Below, piece after piece: positions 38,251 through 47,833 of a DNA stretch of 64,000 nucleotides. The translations under genes and the position numbers were made by a program. The DNA comes from Candidatus Latescibacterota bacterium (GTDB taxonomy: Bacteria > Latescibacterota > UBA2968 > UBA8231). The notes below the pieces were generated by a model. That model was not told the origin of the DNA, did no database searches, and worked only from the letters and a program-made list of their open reading frames with translations. How positions within the stretch are numbered: the first letter of the stretch is position 1; the number at the start of each line of letters is the position of its first letter. The stretch is from assembly GCA_965243025.1 (NCBI GenBank), contig CBDETY010000003.1, positions 576,001 to 640,000 of the forward strand, written 5' to 3'.

Positions 38251-38991
38251 ATGAGCCCTCTCGACTCCGCACAGATCGACCGCTTCAAGCGTCGGGGATT
38301 CCTCGTCCTCGAGGGGCTGGTCGAGCCCGAGACGCTCTCCGCCTGGCGCGGCCAGTTCTGGTCCCACGTCGGTGCCGACCGCGAGGATCCGGCCACCTGG
38401 CCCGACGACTACGTCATCCAGGACTTCGGCGTCGAGCCGCCCCTCGGACAGCTGCCTCGCATGCAGGCGATCGTCGAGCAGATCGGCGGCGGCATGTTCG
38501 GAGGCGGAGGCGGATCGATGCTGGTGAAGTGGCCGGGCCCCGAAGACGCGGCCTGGCAGATCCCGGACTCCGGACACATCGACGGCTACGGTCCCGCCGG
38601 CTGGAGCGGCGGCTTCATGCTCGGGGCCACCGCCTACATTGACGACGTCGAGCCCCGGGGCGGCGGCTTCGTCTACTGGCCCCGCAGCCACGGGCAGGTG
38701 CAGGCCTACTTCCGGGAACATCCGGAGCAGATCGACGGCACCTTCCAGGACCGGGACGACTGGGGGGAGAGGCAGTGGGGGTTGTTCTCCGACGAGTCAC
38801 CCGAACCGCCCGTCGAGTTCACCGGGCGGGCGGGCGACGTCATCCTCTGGCACTGCTTCCTCTGTCACACCGGATCGGCGAACGTGCGCACCCGCCCGAG
38901 GCTGGGCGTCTTCGCGCGCTGGCACCGCACCGACCGGGAGGAGATGAAGTACGACGTGCCGGAGGACTTGTGGAAGTACTGGGCGATCTGA
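38251..38991 (+). CDS. PhyH family dioxygenase
   Basis: FKRRGFL, GHIDG (HxD), WPRSH, AGDVILWH, LCHTGS. Confidence 0.85.
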   Translation: MSPLDSAQIDRFKRRGFLVLEGLVEPETLSAWRGQFWSHVGADREDPATWPDDYVIQDFGVEPPLGQLPRMQAIVEQIGGGMFGGGGGSMLVKWPGPEDAAWQIPDSGHIDGYGPAGWSGGFMLGATAYIDDVEPRGGGFVYWPRSHGQVQAYFREHPEQIDGTFQDRDDWGERQWGLFSDESPEPPVEFTGRAGDVILWHCFLCHTGSANVRTRPRLGVFARWHRTDREEMKYDVPEDLWKYWAI

Positions 38992-39004
38992 GCCGGCCGC
39001 CGGT

Positions 39005-39130
39005 TCAGGCCGCCAGGGCGCCCTCCCCGAAGATGACGGGGAAGGTGGCGCCGCTGCTTTACACGGTGGCCGCCTCCATGTAGCAGACGCTGAAGGCGCG
39101 CATCGACTGGGGAGTGCGGTTCACGCCGAG
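39005..39130 (-). pseudogene. 3' fragment of a PhyH-family gene with an internal stop
   Basis: GVNRTPQSMRAFSVCYMEAATV*SSGATFPVIFGEGALAA*. Confidence 0.6.
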
Positions 39131-39165
39131 GAGCGGTCCATTATCGGTGCGGAGCAGGAAATCGA

Positions 39166-39393
39166 TCACAGAGTCGCCCTCTGCTGCTGATCGGGCTGAT
39201 TCCTCTCGTCCATGAGATCCCCGGAAAACCGGTCCAGACTGTCCACGAGGGAGGACCAGAGAGATTCCTTGGGCAAGAGCATGACAATGCCCTGGTATTT
39301 CTTGATATAGACATCGTCTCCGCTGAAACGAAACTCCTTCGGGAGCCTCACGGCCTGGCTGCCGCCGTTGTTGAACAGCTTAGCTGTCTGCAT
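39166..39393 (-). CDS. vapB: VapB/VagC (AbrB/SpoVT) antitoxin, no intact cognate toxin
   Basis: MQTAKLFNNGGSQAVRLPKEFRF; RBS GGAGG. Confidence 0.88.
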   Translation of the reverse strand: MQTAKLFNNGGSQAVRLPKEFRFSGDDVYIKKYQGIVMLLPKESLWSSLVDSLDRFSGDLMDERNQPDQQQRATL

Positions 39394-39441
39394 GGATGTA
39401 CCTCCTTCCGAGACCCGCTTCACTCCGTAAAATCCCCTCAA

Positions 39442-40374
39442 CTAATACGCCGGCGCCTCTGACAGAATCCGGTCGATGCGGGAGAGCTCGCCTTCGTCGA
39501 ACCCGACGCCGACGGCGCCGAGGTGGTCGCGCACCTGGTCCGGGTGCTTGGCCCCGACGAGGGCGCAGGTCACCGCGGGAAGGCGCAACAGCCAGGCGAC
39601 CGCCATCTGGACCATGGTGATCCCCTTTTCATCGGCGATCCCCCGGAGTTTCTCCGCGACGTCGAGGTAATCCGCAAACCTCGAGCCCGAGAAGCGCGGT
39701 CCCACGAACGGACCGGTGCGGGTCTCGCCGGAGCGCTCGTCGTCTTCCGGAAACTGGTGGCCCGGGCGGTAGCGCCCGCTCAGCAGCCCCTTGGCCAGGG
39801 CGCTGTGCGCGAGAATGCCGATACCCTCCCGTTCGCAGTAGGGGATGTCCTCCTCTTCTATGGCGCGGTTGAGCAGGTTGTAGCAGGGCTGGTTGGAGTG
39901 AAAGGGGGCGGTCCCGGCGGCGATCCGCATCTGTTCCGCGTCGAAGTTGGAAACGCCGAGGAAGCGCGTCTTCCCCTGCTCCTGGAGGCGCAGCATGGTC
40001 TCCATGCTGGTATCGATGGGATACTCGGGGTTCCAGCTGTGGATCTGGTAGAGGTCGACACAGTCTACCTGGAGCTGCCGCAGGCTGTTCTCCATCGCCG
40101 CGACTATATCCTCGCGCGAGTATTTCAGGCTGACCTTGGTGGCGAGGAAGCAGCGCTGGCGGTAGCCGTCCTGAAGGGCCTTGCCGATTACCTCTTCGCT
40201 GTGGTAGTAGGACTGCGCCGTGTCGATGAGGGTGATGCCGGAATCGATGGCGGCGCGGACCGTGGCGATTGCCGTAGCCTCGTCGACAGCCCCCATGGCC
40301 CCGCCGAGCGGCCACGTGCCGAGCCCGAGGACGGAGACGCGGTCCCCGTCTCTTCCGAGTTGCCTGCGTTCCAT
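39442..40374 (-). CDS. Aldo/keto reductase
   Basis: LGLGTW, IDTAQSY, LATKV, DLYQIH, GVSNF, QMAVAWLL. Confidence 0.9.
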   Translation of the reverse strand: MERRQLGRDGDRVSVLGLGTWPLGGAMGAVDEATAIATVRAAIDSGITLIDTAQSYYHSEEVIGKALQDGYRQRCFLATKVSLKYSREDIVAAMENSLRQLQVDCVDLYQIHSWNPEYPIDTSMETMLRLQEQGKTRFLGVSNFDAEQMRIAAGTAPFHSNQPCYNLLNRAIEEEDIPYCEREGIGILAHSALAKGLLSGRYRPGHQFPEDDERSGETRTGPFVGPRFSGSRFADYLDVAEKLRGIADEKGITMVQMAVAWLLRLPAVTCALVGAKHPDQVRDHLGAVGVGFDEGELSRIDRILSEAPAY

Positions 40375-40376
40375 TG

Positions 40377-41483
40377 TCAGGCCGGCACTGCCACCGCGGC
40401 GTTGAGCGCCGGCATCAGCTCGTTGGCGAACAGGTCGAGGTTGCGCAGCCAGGCCTCCTTGTCGTCCCAGTCGAACCCCATGATGACGAGGGTGCCGAAC
40501 GGTCCGGTTTCCTCCATAAGCTCCAGCAGCCGGCGCAGCACCTCGTCGACGTCCCCGGCGATGATCTGCTCCGACATCCAGAAATCGATGTTGCAGTCGG
40601 CGTCCGGCATTTCGAGGTCGCGCTTGAGGACGCCGCGGCCGAGGCCCTTGTCGAGGAGGCTGGCGATGTACTCGTAGTTGCGGCCGACCGAGTTGGTGCG
40701 CGCCAGCCTTACCGCCTCCTCGGTGGTGTCGGCGAGGAAGATGGCGCGCGAGACCTTCCAGCGGGAGCGGTCGGCTTCGCGGCCCGCTTCGGCCGCCGCC
40801 GCGGCGTAGGTCTCCCAGTTGTCGGCGAGCACGTTGCCTGCGGCTAGGGCCGCGGAGAAGGGGGCGTAACCGCGCTGCCCGGCGACCTTGAGACTGTGCG
40901 AGTTGCGGCTGAGCCCCGGCATGGCGATCGGCGGGTGCGGCTGCTGCAGGGGCTTGTGGATGAAGCCGATCGCCGTCTCCTCGTCGACGAACTTCTCGAG
41001 CGAGAACTGCCAGAACTCCCCGTTGTGCTCGTACGGCGGGTCCGAAGCCCAGAGATCGAGGATCACGTCGAGCGCCTCGATGGTCATGGCGCCTCCCTGC
41101 TTCGGGTCGAGTCCGTAGAGTTCCTGGTCGGCGGTGACGCTCCCCGGGCCGAAGCAGAGGTTGAGGCGGCCGTGCGCCAGGTGGTCGAGGAAGGCGATCC
41201 GGGTCGCCACGTACGCCGGGTGGTGCTGGTTTAGGCAGACCGGGGCGGGCCCGAGGCGGATGCGCCCGGTCTCGCCGAGCACGCGGCCGATGAAGACCTC
41301 GGGAACGACGATGGACTCGTACTTCATGGTGTGGTGCTCGCCGATCCAGAACTCGCTGAAACCGAGCTCCTCGGCGCGGACGACGAGCTCGATGTCCTCG
41401 TCGAAACACTGGGACAGAGGTTTGCTGGGCGGGTGGAAGGGCATGATGAACATGCCGTAGTCGATCGTTCCGTTTGCGCTCAT
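40377..41483 (-). CDS. LLM-class flavin-dependent monooxygenase
   Basis: GMFIMPFHPP, AEELGFSEFWIGEHH, LDHLAHGR, PLQQPHPPI. Confidence 0.9.
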   Translation of the reverse strand: MSANGTIDYGMFIMPFHPPSKPLSQCFDEDIELVVRAEELGFSEFWIGEHHTMKYESIVVPEVFIGRVLGETGRIRLGPAPVCLNQHHPAYVATRIAFLDHLAHGRLNLCFGPGSVTADQELYGLDPKQGGAMTIEALDVILDLWASDPPYEHNGEFWQFSLEKFVDEETAIGFIHKPLQQPHPPIAMPGLSRNSHSLKVAGQRGYAPFSAALAAGNVLADNWETYAAAAAEAGREADRSRWKVSRAIFLADTTEEAVRLARTNSVGRNYEYIASLLDKGLGRGVLKRDLEMPDADCNIDFWMSEQIIAGDVDEVLRRLLELMEETGPFGTLVIMGFDWDDKEAWLRNLDLFANELMPALNAAVAVPA

Positions 41484-41720
41484 CGGTAGGACCTATGCTG
41501 GATGAAGGTGTGGGCTGATAAAGCGGACAGGGGCAGCGGTGGTCAAGAACCGGGGCTCATCCTTACCGGGGGGCAGCGTTGAGCAACAGAAGGGTTGCCG
41601 TTCCCCGTCGGGTTTTTCTGTACGGTCGGGTTTTTCAGTGCCCGGTGGAATGGAGGGTCTGCCTCGGCTTACCCTGCCTTTCCCTCCGGCAGCAGCCCGG
41701 ATGAATCGCCGGCCGGGAGG

Positions 41721-42902
41721 TCAGGCCCGGTTGGTGCCGTACGCCGCCTCGATCAGCTCGCCGCGGGCGAAGCGGCGCAGGTTGAGGCTTGCGATGTCGA
41801 TGGAGCGGTCCGGAACCCCGAGCACTTCCTCGGCCATCACCTCGCCGACGGCGGGGCCGATCTTGAAGCCGTGGCCGCTGAACCCGGCGCACAGGAAGAA
41901 CCCCTCCACGCCGTCGACGGCGCCCAGAACCGGGTGCCAGTCCGGGGTGACGTCGTAGAGGCCGGTGTACGAGTCGACGGCGACAAGCGACCGAAAGCCT
42001 GGCCAGCGTCTCATCAGGCGCGACTCGGTCTCGGCGATGAAGGAGACGTCGACCTCCTGGTCGTACCCGTCCGGCTCCACGTTCTCGTACTCCTTGGGGA
42101 AGCCGCGTCCCACGAGCATGCGGCGCTCCCCGTGCGGCCGGTAGTAGATCGCCTCGGCCATGTCGGAGAAGCAGAGCCTCGGCGGCCCGCCAGCGGCCTC
42201 CGCGTCGTAGATGATCTCCTCCTCGCGGGTGACCTCCAGCGGCAGGTCGACCCCGGCCCACGAGGCCACCCGGTCAGCCCAGGGGCCGGCGGCGTTGACC
42301 ACGATCTCGGTGGAGACGTTTCCAGCCGCGGTGGACACACCGGCGACCGCGTCTCCGGACAGGATCAGACCTGTCGCCGGGGTGAGGGTAGCCAGGCGTC
42401 CCCCGAGGTCGGTGAAGCGGCGCACGTACGCGTGGGTGGTGGCGCGGGGGTCCGCGTACCCGGAGCCGGGCTCGTACGCGAAGCGGTGCACGTCCCCGAC
42501 CTCGATGCGGGGCTCGATCTCGAGAAGCTCCTCGCGCGTTATCTCGCGCACGTCGACCCCGAGCCGCTGCCCCATCTCGATGTTGCGGGCGAAACCCTCG
42601 GACACGTACTCGGGAACCAGGAAGGACCAGCCGCAGTTGACGAACCCGCTGTCGCCGCCGATCTCGTCGTCGAAGCGGGAGAAGATGTCGACGCTGCGGC
42701 GCACCATGCGCACGAGCACCTCGTTGGAGTAGTGCTGCCGGACGATGGCCGCCGAGCGTCCGGTCCCCCCCGAGGCGATCAGCTGCTTCTCGAGCAGGAG
42801 GACGTTCTCGACGCCGCGCCTGGCGAGGTTGAAGGCGGTGGCCGCGCCGTTGATGCCGGCGCCGATGACGACAGCGCCCGCGGTTTTCGGTAACGGGTCC
42901 AT
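41721..42902 (-). CDS. FAD-dependent oxidoreductase (DAO/sarcosine oxidase beta-like)
   Basis: VVIGAGING, TGRSAA, VNAAGPWA, YDVTPDWHP, GFSGHGFK. Confidence 0.9.
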   Translation of the reverse strand: MDPLPKTAGAVVIGAGINGAATAFNLARRGVENVLLLEKQLIASGGTGRSAAIVRQHYSNEVLVRMVRRSVDIFSRFDDEIGGDSGFVNCGWSFLVPEYVSEGFARNIEMGQRLGVDVREITREELLEIEPRIEVGDVHRFAYEPGSGYADPRATTHAYVRRFTDLGGRLATLTPATGLILSGDAVAGVSTAAGNVSTEIVVNAAGPWADRVASWAGVDLPLEVTREEEIIYDAEAAGGPPRLCFSDMAEAIYYRPHGERRMLVGRGFPKEYENVEPDGYDQEVDVSFIAETESRLMRRWPGFRSLVAVDSYTGLYDVTPDWHPVLGAVDGVEGFFLCAGFSGHGFKIGPAVGEVMAEEVLGVPDRSIDIASLNLRRFARGELIEAAYGTNRA

Positions 42903-43031
42903 GATTTCCAAGCTGGAAAACCGAAATGGTTTCCGCAAATGGATCGCTCATCCCGCTTGGCGGCGGTTCCGGCTTTGGGCATTATCCCCGCGGCAGGGCG
43001 GCAATCCACTTCAGGAAGCACGGAGCGAATC

Positions 43032-44519
43032 ATGGCACCCATCGACGTCGGTACCCGCAGGCAGCTGTTCATCGACGAGCGCTTCATCGCCGCATCCAGG
43101 GGCGTCCAGCTGCGCATGAACCTGCCCGTCCAGCACCCGGAGCCGGTGCTGGCCGCGGACAAGCCCTGGGAAGCCCTCGGCATCGGCGCCTACAACACCG
43201 TGTTCCGCGAGGCGGACGGCCGCTGGCGCCTGTGGTACGACGCCATGATGCTGACCGGCCTGCCCTCTGAAGGGGCGCGGCGCCTCGGGTACGCCGAGTC
43301 GGAAGACGGCATCCACTGGCGCAAGCCGGACCTCGGGCTGATCGAGTTCCGGGGCAGCCGCAGCAACAACCTCGTCGCGCCCCACAAGGAACAGCAGAGC
43401 ATGCAGGGGGCGACGGTGTTCCGGGACGAGGTTGCCCCGGCGGCGGAGCGCTACAAGCTGTGGAGCAAGTACCGCCCCAGCGACGCCGAGCTGGCCGCCG
43501 GCGCGGCGGAGGGCCTGTGGGGGATGCACTCGGCCGACGGCATCCGCTGGCAGTACTACCCCGGCCAGCCGAACCCTCCCGAGACGATGTGCGACACCCA
43601 GAACATGCTCTTCCGGGACGACCGCCTCGGGCTCTACGTCGGCTACACCCGGGTGAGGGAGACGCAGCTCGTCGAGGAAGCCGCAAAGGGAGGTTTCGGC
43701 CGCTACCGCAGCGTCGGCCGCATCACCTCGCCCGATTTCAGGAACTGGTCGCCGCTGGAGATCACCTTCGAGGCGGACGCCCGCGACCTCGCCATCCCGG
43801 TGCCCAGCCAGCGCGACGACCCGCGGCCCAACATAGATTTCTACACCTCGTGCGCCATGAAGTACGAGGGAGCGGAGGACGTGTACCTGATGTTCCCGTC
43901 GGCCTACTACCACTGGGGGGAGGAGGATTACCCGGCGACCATGGACGTGCAGCTGCTGACCAGCCGCGACGGCATCTCGTGGCAGCGGGCCGGGGGCCGC
44001 GAGCCGTTCCTGCGGCCCGGTCTCGACGGCAGCGGCAGCAGCGGCATGCTGTTCGCCAATCCCTGGCTGATCCCGGTGGGAGAGGAGCTGTGGCTCTACT
44101 ACTCGGGGACGGCGCGCAGGCACGGCCCCCGGGCGGACCCGGAGGCGGAGCGGCGGGAGTCGCGGATGGGAGGCATCTACCGGTCAAGCATCCGCCGCGA
44201 CGGCTTCGTTTCCGCGGACGCCCCCTACGACGGCGGCGAGCTGACGACGCCGGACCTCGTGTTCGCCGGCGACCGCCTCGAGCTCAACTGCGACGGCAGC
44301 GCCGGCGGCTGGCTTCAGGTCGAGCTGCAGGACGCGGAGGGAACCCCGCTTCCGGGGCACAGCCTCGCCGACGCCAACGCCCTGGTGGGAAACGGGGTGG
44401 CGAAGCCGGTAACCTGGAGGGGGAGCAGCGACGTCGGCGCCCTCGCCGGCAGGCCGTTGCGGCTGCGCATCGTCATGAGGGGGATGAAGCTGTACGCCTT
44501 CCGGTTCCGCGGGGATTGA
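43032..44519 (+). CDS. Hypothetical glycosidase-like beta-propeller protein (GH32/43/130-like)
   Basis: RQLFID, YAESEDGIHW.KP, SADGIRW, SRDGISW, RRDGFVS, LYAFRF. Confidence 0.65.
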   Translation: MAPIDVGTRRQLFIDERFIAASRGVQLRMNLPVQHPEPVLAADKPWEALGIGAYNTVFREADGRWRLWYDAMMLTGLPSEGARRLGYAESEDGIHWRKPDLGLIEFRGSRSNNLVAPHKEQQSMQGATVFRDEVAPAAERYKLWSKYRPSDAELAAGAAEGLWGMHSADGIRWQYYPGQPNPPETMCDTQNMLFRDDRLGLYVGYTRVRETQLVEEAAKGGFGRYRSVGRITSPDFRNWSPLEITFEADARDLAIPVPSQRDDPRPNIDFYTSCAMKYEGAEDVYLMFPSAYYHWGEEDYPATMDVQLLTSRDGISWQRAGGREPFLRPGLDGSGSSGMLFANPWLIPVGEELWLYYSGTARRHGPRADPEAERRESRMGGIYRSSIRRDGFVSADAPYDGGELTTPDLVFAGDRLELNCDGSAGGWLQVELQDAEGTPLPGHSLADANALVGNGVAKPVTWRGSSDVGALAGRPLRLRIVMRGMKLYAFRFRGD

Positions 44520-44662
44520 GGCGGTTGCCCGGGGGACGAAGGAATTCCGCGAACTCGCGACCGCTGCCTTGTGCCAATTTCTGGCATGAGGGAGAATTCG
44601 CCGCGGCGCCAGGAGTTTTTCGGCGTTCACGGGCTTCTTCAGATAAAACTCGCAGAAAACTT

Positions 44663-44697
44663 CTTGCAGATTGATGATGCCATCATCATTTTGCAAG
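44663..44697 (+). promoter_or_regulatory. 35-bp imperfect palindrome directly upstream of the AAA/DUF4143 gene
   Basis: CTTGCAGATTGATGATG-C-CATCATCATTTTGCAAG. Confidence 0.55.
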
Positions 44698-44701
44698 TAT
44701 T

Positions 44702-45937
44702 ATGTACAGGCAAAGACTGCTGACGCAAAGACTTCGGGAACTCGCCGCCGCTTTCCCTGTAGTTGTGCTTTCAGGTGCCCGACAGGTTGGCAAGAGCACC
44801 TTGTTGCAGCATCTCTACGGAGACCAGGCGGACATCGTCGTTTTCGACCCGGTTGTCGACGTGGGGAACGCGCGCCAGGATCCGGAGCTGTTTCTGGCCA
44901 ACAACCGCCCGCCCCTGATTCTCGACGAGGTCCAGTACGCGCCGGAGTTGATCGCCAGCCTCAAACGCGAGATCGACAAAGACCGGTCACCCGGGCAGTA
45001 CATTCTCAGCGGGTCCCAACAGTGGAGCGTTCTGACTTCCGTATCCGAGAGTCTTGCAGGGAGGGCTGCCTTCCTCGACCTGGAGGGGTTCTGCCTGGCA
45101 GAAGCCGCGGGATCCGGGGGTTCCTGGCTGGCCAGCTGGATAGCCGACCCGGCAAGGTTCCTGGCTTCCCCGCCATCGCGGCTGCAGGATACGCGAACGC
45201 TCTACGAGTCTCTGTGGCGAGGCGGCCTGCCGGATGCCACCCTGATCGAAGCCGCGGTCGTTCCCGACTTCCATGCAGCCTATCAACGCACCTATATCGA
45301 GCGGGACGTGCGTCTGCTCGCAGACGTAGCCGACTGGCAGCTCTTCGGACGATTCATCCGCCTTTGCGCTGCCCTTTCCGCACAGGAGGTCAACCGCAGA
45401 CAACTGGGCCGGGAACTGGGAGTAACCCCGCAGACCGCGGATCGCTGGCTGGGGCTGTTGAAGGCCACCTATCAATGGTTCGAAGTGCCGGCGTACTCGG
45501 GAAACGCCGTCAAGCGCGTAAGCGGCAAACCCAAGGGCTACCTCGCGGATACCGGCATGGCGTGCCATGCCCAACTGTTGTCCTCTCCGGAGTCGCTGGG
45601 AGGCCACCCCATGCTGGGCGCCCTTTTCGAGACCGCGGTAGTCGCTGAAATCCGCAAACAGGCGGGCGCCATGCCCACTCCTCCCCAGATGTACCACTGG
45701 CGGACGAACGGGGGAGCGGAAGTCGACCTTCTTCTCGAACGGGACGGCAGGTTCTACCCCATCGAAGTAAAGCTGGCCGGCGTTCCTTCCCGCCGGGACA
45801 CGACAGGGATCAGTGCGTTCCGCAAAACCTACCCAGGACTGCGCATCGAACCCGGACTGGTAATCGCGCCGACAAGGGAAGTATTGCAGGTATCCGAGCA
45901 GGACTGGGCAATTCCCTGGGATCTCGATGGTCGTTGA
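44702..45937 (+). CDS. AAA_14 ATPase plus DUF4143 (HTH and PD-(D/E)xK-like) protein
   Basis: GARQVGKST, ILDEVQ, SESLAGR, TYIERDV, YLADTG, EVDLL...PIEVK. Confidence 0.9.
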   Translation: MYRQRLLTQRLRELAAAFPVVVLSGARQVGKSTLLQHLYGDQADIVVFDPVVDVGNARQDPELFLANNRPPLILDEVQYAPELIASLKREIDKDRSPGQYILSGSQQWSVLTSVSESLAGRAAFLDLEGFCLAEAAGSGGSWLASWIADPARFLASPPSRLQDTRTLYESLWRGGLPDATLIEAAVVPDFHAAYQRTYIERDVRLLADVADWQLFGRFIRLCAALSAQEVNRRQLGRELGVTPQTADRWLGLLKATYQWFEVPAYSGNAVKRVSGKPKGYLADTGMACHAQLLSSPESLGGHPMLGALFETAVVAEIRKQAGAMPTPPQMYHWRTNGGAEVDLLLERDGRFYPIEVKLAGVPSRRDTTGISAFRKTYPGLRIEPGLVIAPTREVLQVSEQDWAIPWDLDGR

Positions 45938-46054
45938 ACGGACGGTCCCTCTCCGATGCCGCGAAGGGGTCGTCCCCGCGGACGCCGCCTGCGGCGGCGA
46001 GGCAGCAAAGAGAGTTCTTTGCATGCACACAATCGAAAGGTGTAGGAGCGAGGG

Positions 46055-47752
46055 ATGATTGCCCCTGCCCCTCCTGACAGACCGGTCCTTCTCATCGCGG
46101 CGGTGGCATTGCTGTGGGCATCCCAGTCGCTGGCGGGCCAGCCGTTCGTCGATCACGGCGGTCCGGAGCTGGCGGTTGCCGGTCCTGTGACCGCGCCGAT
46201 CCAGCACGAGAAATACTTCCGCATGGAGCGGGAGCTGTTCGGATACGACCCCCGCTTCGTGCCGGCGCCGGTATCGTTCGACGCCGAAAACCGTCCCTGG
46301 ATGGCGCTGGGGACGGAGCTGATCACCCTCGATGGCGAAGGGCGCTGGATCGCCCTCGATTTCGACGCGGCGATGAAGGCGGAGTACGAGGGCATCGGGG
46401 GGAGCGCCATCCGCAACGGCCCCTTCATCTCCTTCGACAGGGAGGGCGACGCCTACCTGCTTGCCCGCGTCAGCCATCTGCGGCGCCAGGACATCTTCCG
46501 GGAAACCCCTGCGCGGCGCATCGATGCCTTCGGCCTGGCGCACTCGCGGGACCGCCTGCGCACCTGGACCTTCTACGAAACCGTGTCGCCTGCGGTTCAC
46601 GCCACACCGTTTCAACGCAAGCTCTACACCGGCGCCCAGCGGCTGGAGCGGCTCGAAGGACACAACCAGATCAACGGGCCGCCGCCGATGGTCGAGGGGC
46701 GCGGCTGGGAGCTGAGCCTGTTCGTGGCGGAGAAGCGGCGTGACGGCCGCCTGACACCGCCCGAGACGATTCTGCTGGCGCGGGCCGATCCACCGATCGC
46801 CGGCAAGCTCAGGAACTGGATCACCCCGATCCACTCGGGGGCCGGCAATGTCAGCGCCACCTACGGAGGCAGGACCCACGTGGTGTGGCTGAGCATTCAG
46901 CCCCTCGAGCGGCACCGGGAGGAAGCCGGGGCCCTGTCGGCGGAGATGGACGGGGAGTACGTGCCCTATGCGCTGCGTTACGAGGGCTCTCTCGACGCCC
47001 TGGCTCCCAGCTACATCCGCACCTGCGATCGCCGCACCGGCGAGTTGAGCGACCCCGTGCTTCTCGGCTTCAGCCGGCGCAACAACCACGACCCGCCGGT
47101 GATCTCGGTGGACTCGAAGGGGTACCTTCACGTCGTCATCGGCGCCCACCACGACAACTTCCAGTACACCCGCTCGCTGGCGCCCAACAGCAGCACGGAA
47201 GGCTGGACCGGGCCGCGGATGTTCGGGACTCCGAGGCCGCTCGAGGGCGGGGGCAGCTACACCTACACGGCGCTGCTGTGCGATTACGACGACAACCTGC
47301 ACCTGGTAAGCCGCTGGGCCGGCACCGACGATTACCGCTTTCAACTCGTCTACCTGCGCAAGAAAGCGGGCCGGGACTGGGAGCCGCACCGGGTCCTAGT
47401 TAGCCCGTTCCGCGTCGACTACGCTGCCTGGCGCCAGAAAATCAGCATCGACCGGCTCGGCAGGCTGTTCGTCAGCTATGCATACTACCCGGATCTGATG
47501 ACGCCCGAGGAACGGCGGGCGTACGCGCGCAGATGGCCGCAAGACGCCACGGAGAACCCGGATGCTCCAGGGGGCTACGACATTGTGCTGAGGGACCGCG
47601 GCGGGGCAATGCTGATATCTGACGACGGAGGCGATTCATGGCGGCTCGCCGTCACCGCGGATTTCGTGGAAGGGCTGGAACGGGCTGCTCGTCGGAGAGC
47701 AGAAGAGCAGATAGAGGACGGAGTACCTGTCCTGAAACACCAGGCAGACTGA
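46055..47752 (+). CDS. Exported BNR-4 repeat-containing protein
   Basis: Signal-peptide-like N-terminus; NNHDPPVISVDSKGYLHV..GAHH, SDDGGDSW Asp-box. Confidence 0.72.
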   Translation: MIAPAPPDRPVLLIAAVALLWASQSLAGQPFVDHGGPELAVAGPVTAPIQHEKYFRMERELFGYDPRFVPAPVSFDAENRPWMALGTELITLDGEGRWIALDFDAAMKAEYEGIGGSAIRNGPFISFDREGDAYLLARVSHLRRQDIFRETPARRIDAFGLAHSRDRLRTWTFYETVSPAVHATPFQRKLYTGAQRLERLEGHNQINGPPPMVEGRGWELSLFVAEKRRDGRLTPPETILLARADPPIAGKLRNWITPIHSGAGNVSATYGGRTHVVWLSIQPLERHREEAGALSAEMDGEYVPYALRYEGSLDALAPSYIRTCDRRTGELSDPVLLGFSRRNNHDPPVISVDSKGYLHVVIGAHHDNFQYTRSLAPNSSTEGWTGPRMFGTPRPLEGGGSYTYTALLCDYDDNLHLVSRWAGTDDYRFQLVYLRKKAGRDWEPHRVLVSPFRVDYAAWRQKISIDRLGRLFVSYAYYPDLMTPEERRAYARRWPQDATENPDAPGGYDIVLRDRGGAMLISDDGGDSWRLAVTADFVEGLERAARRRAEEQIEDGVPVLKHQAD

Positions 47753-47833
47753 TGAAGCCCGACTGGTGCTGCAGCTTCAGGTGGCCGATGTCGCCGGCAC
47801 CGAATGGACTCAACACAGGATGAAGGAGAAGAA

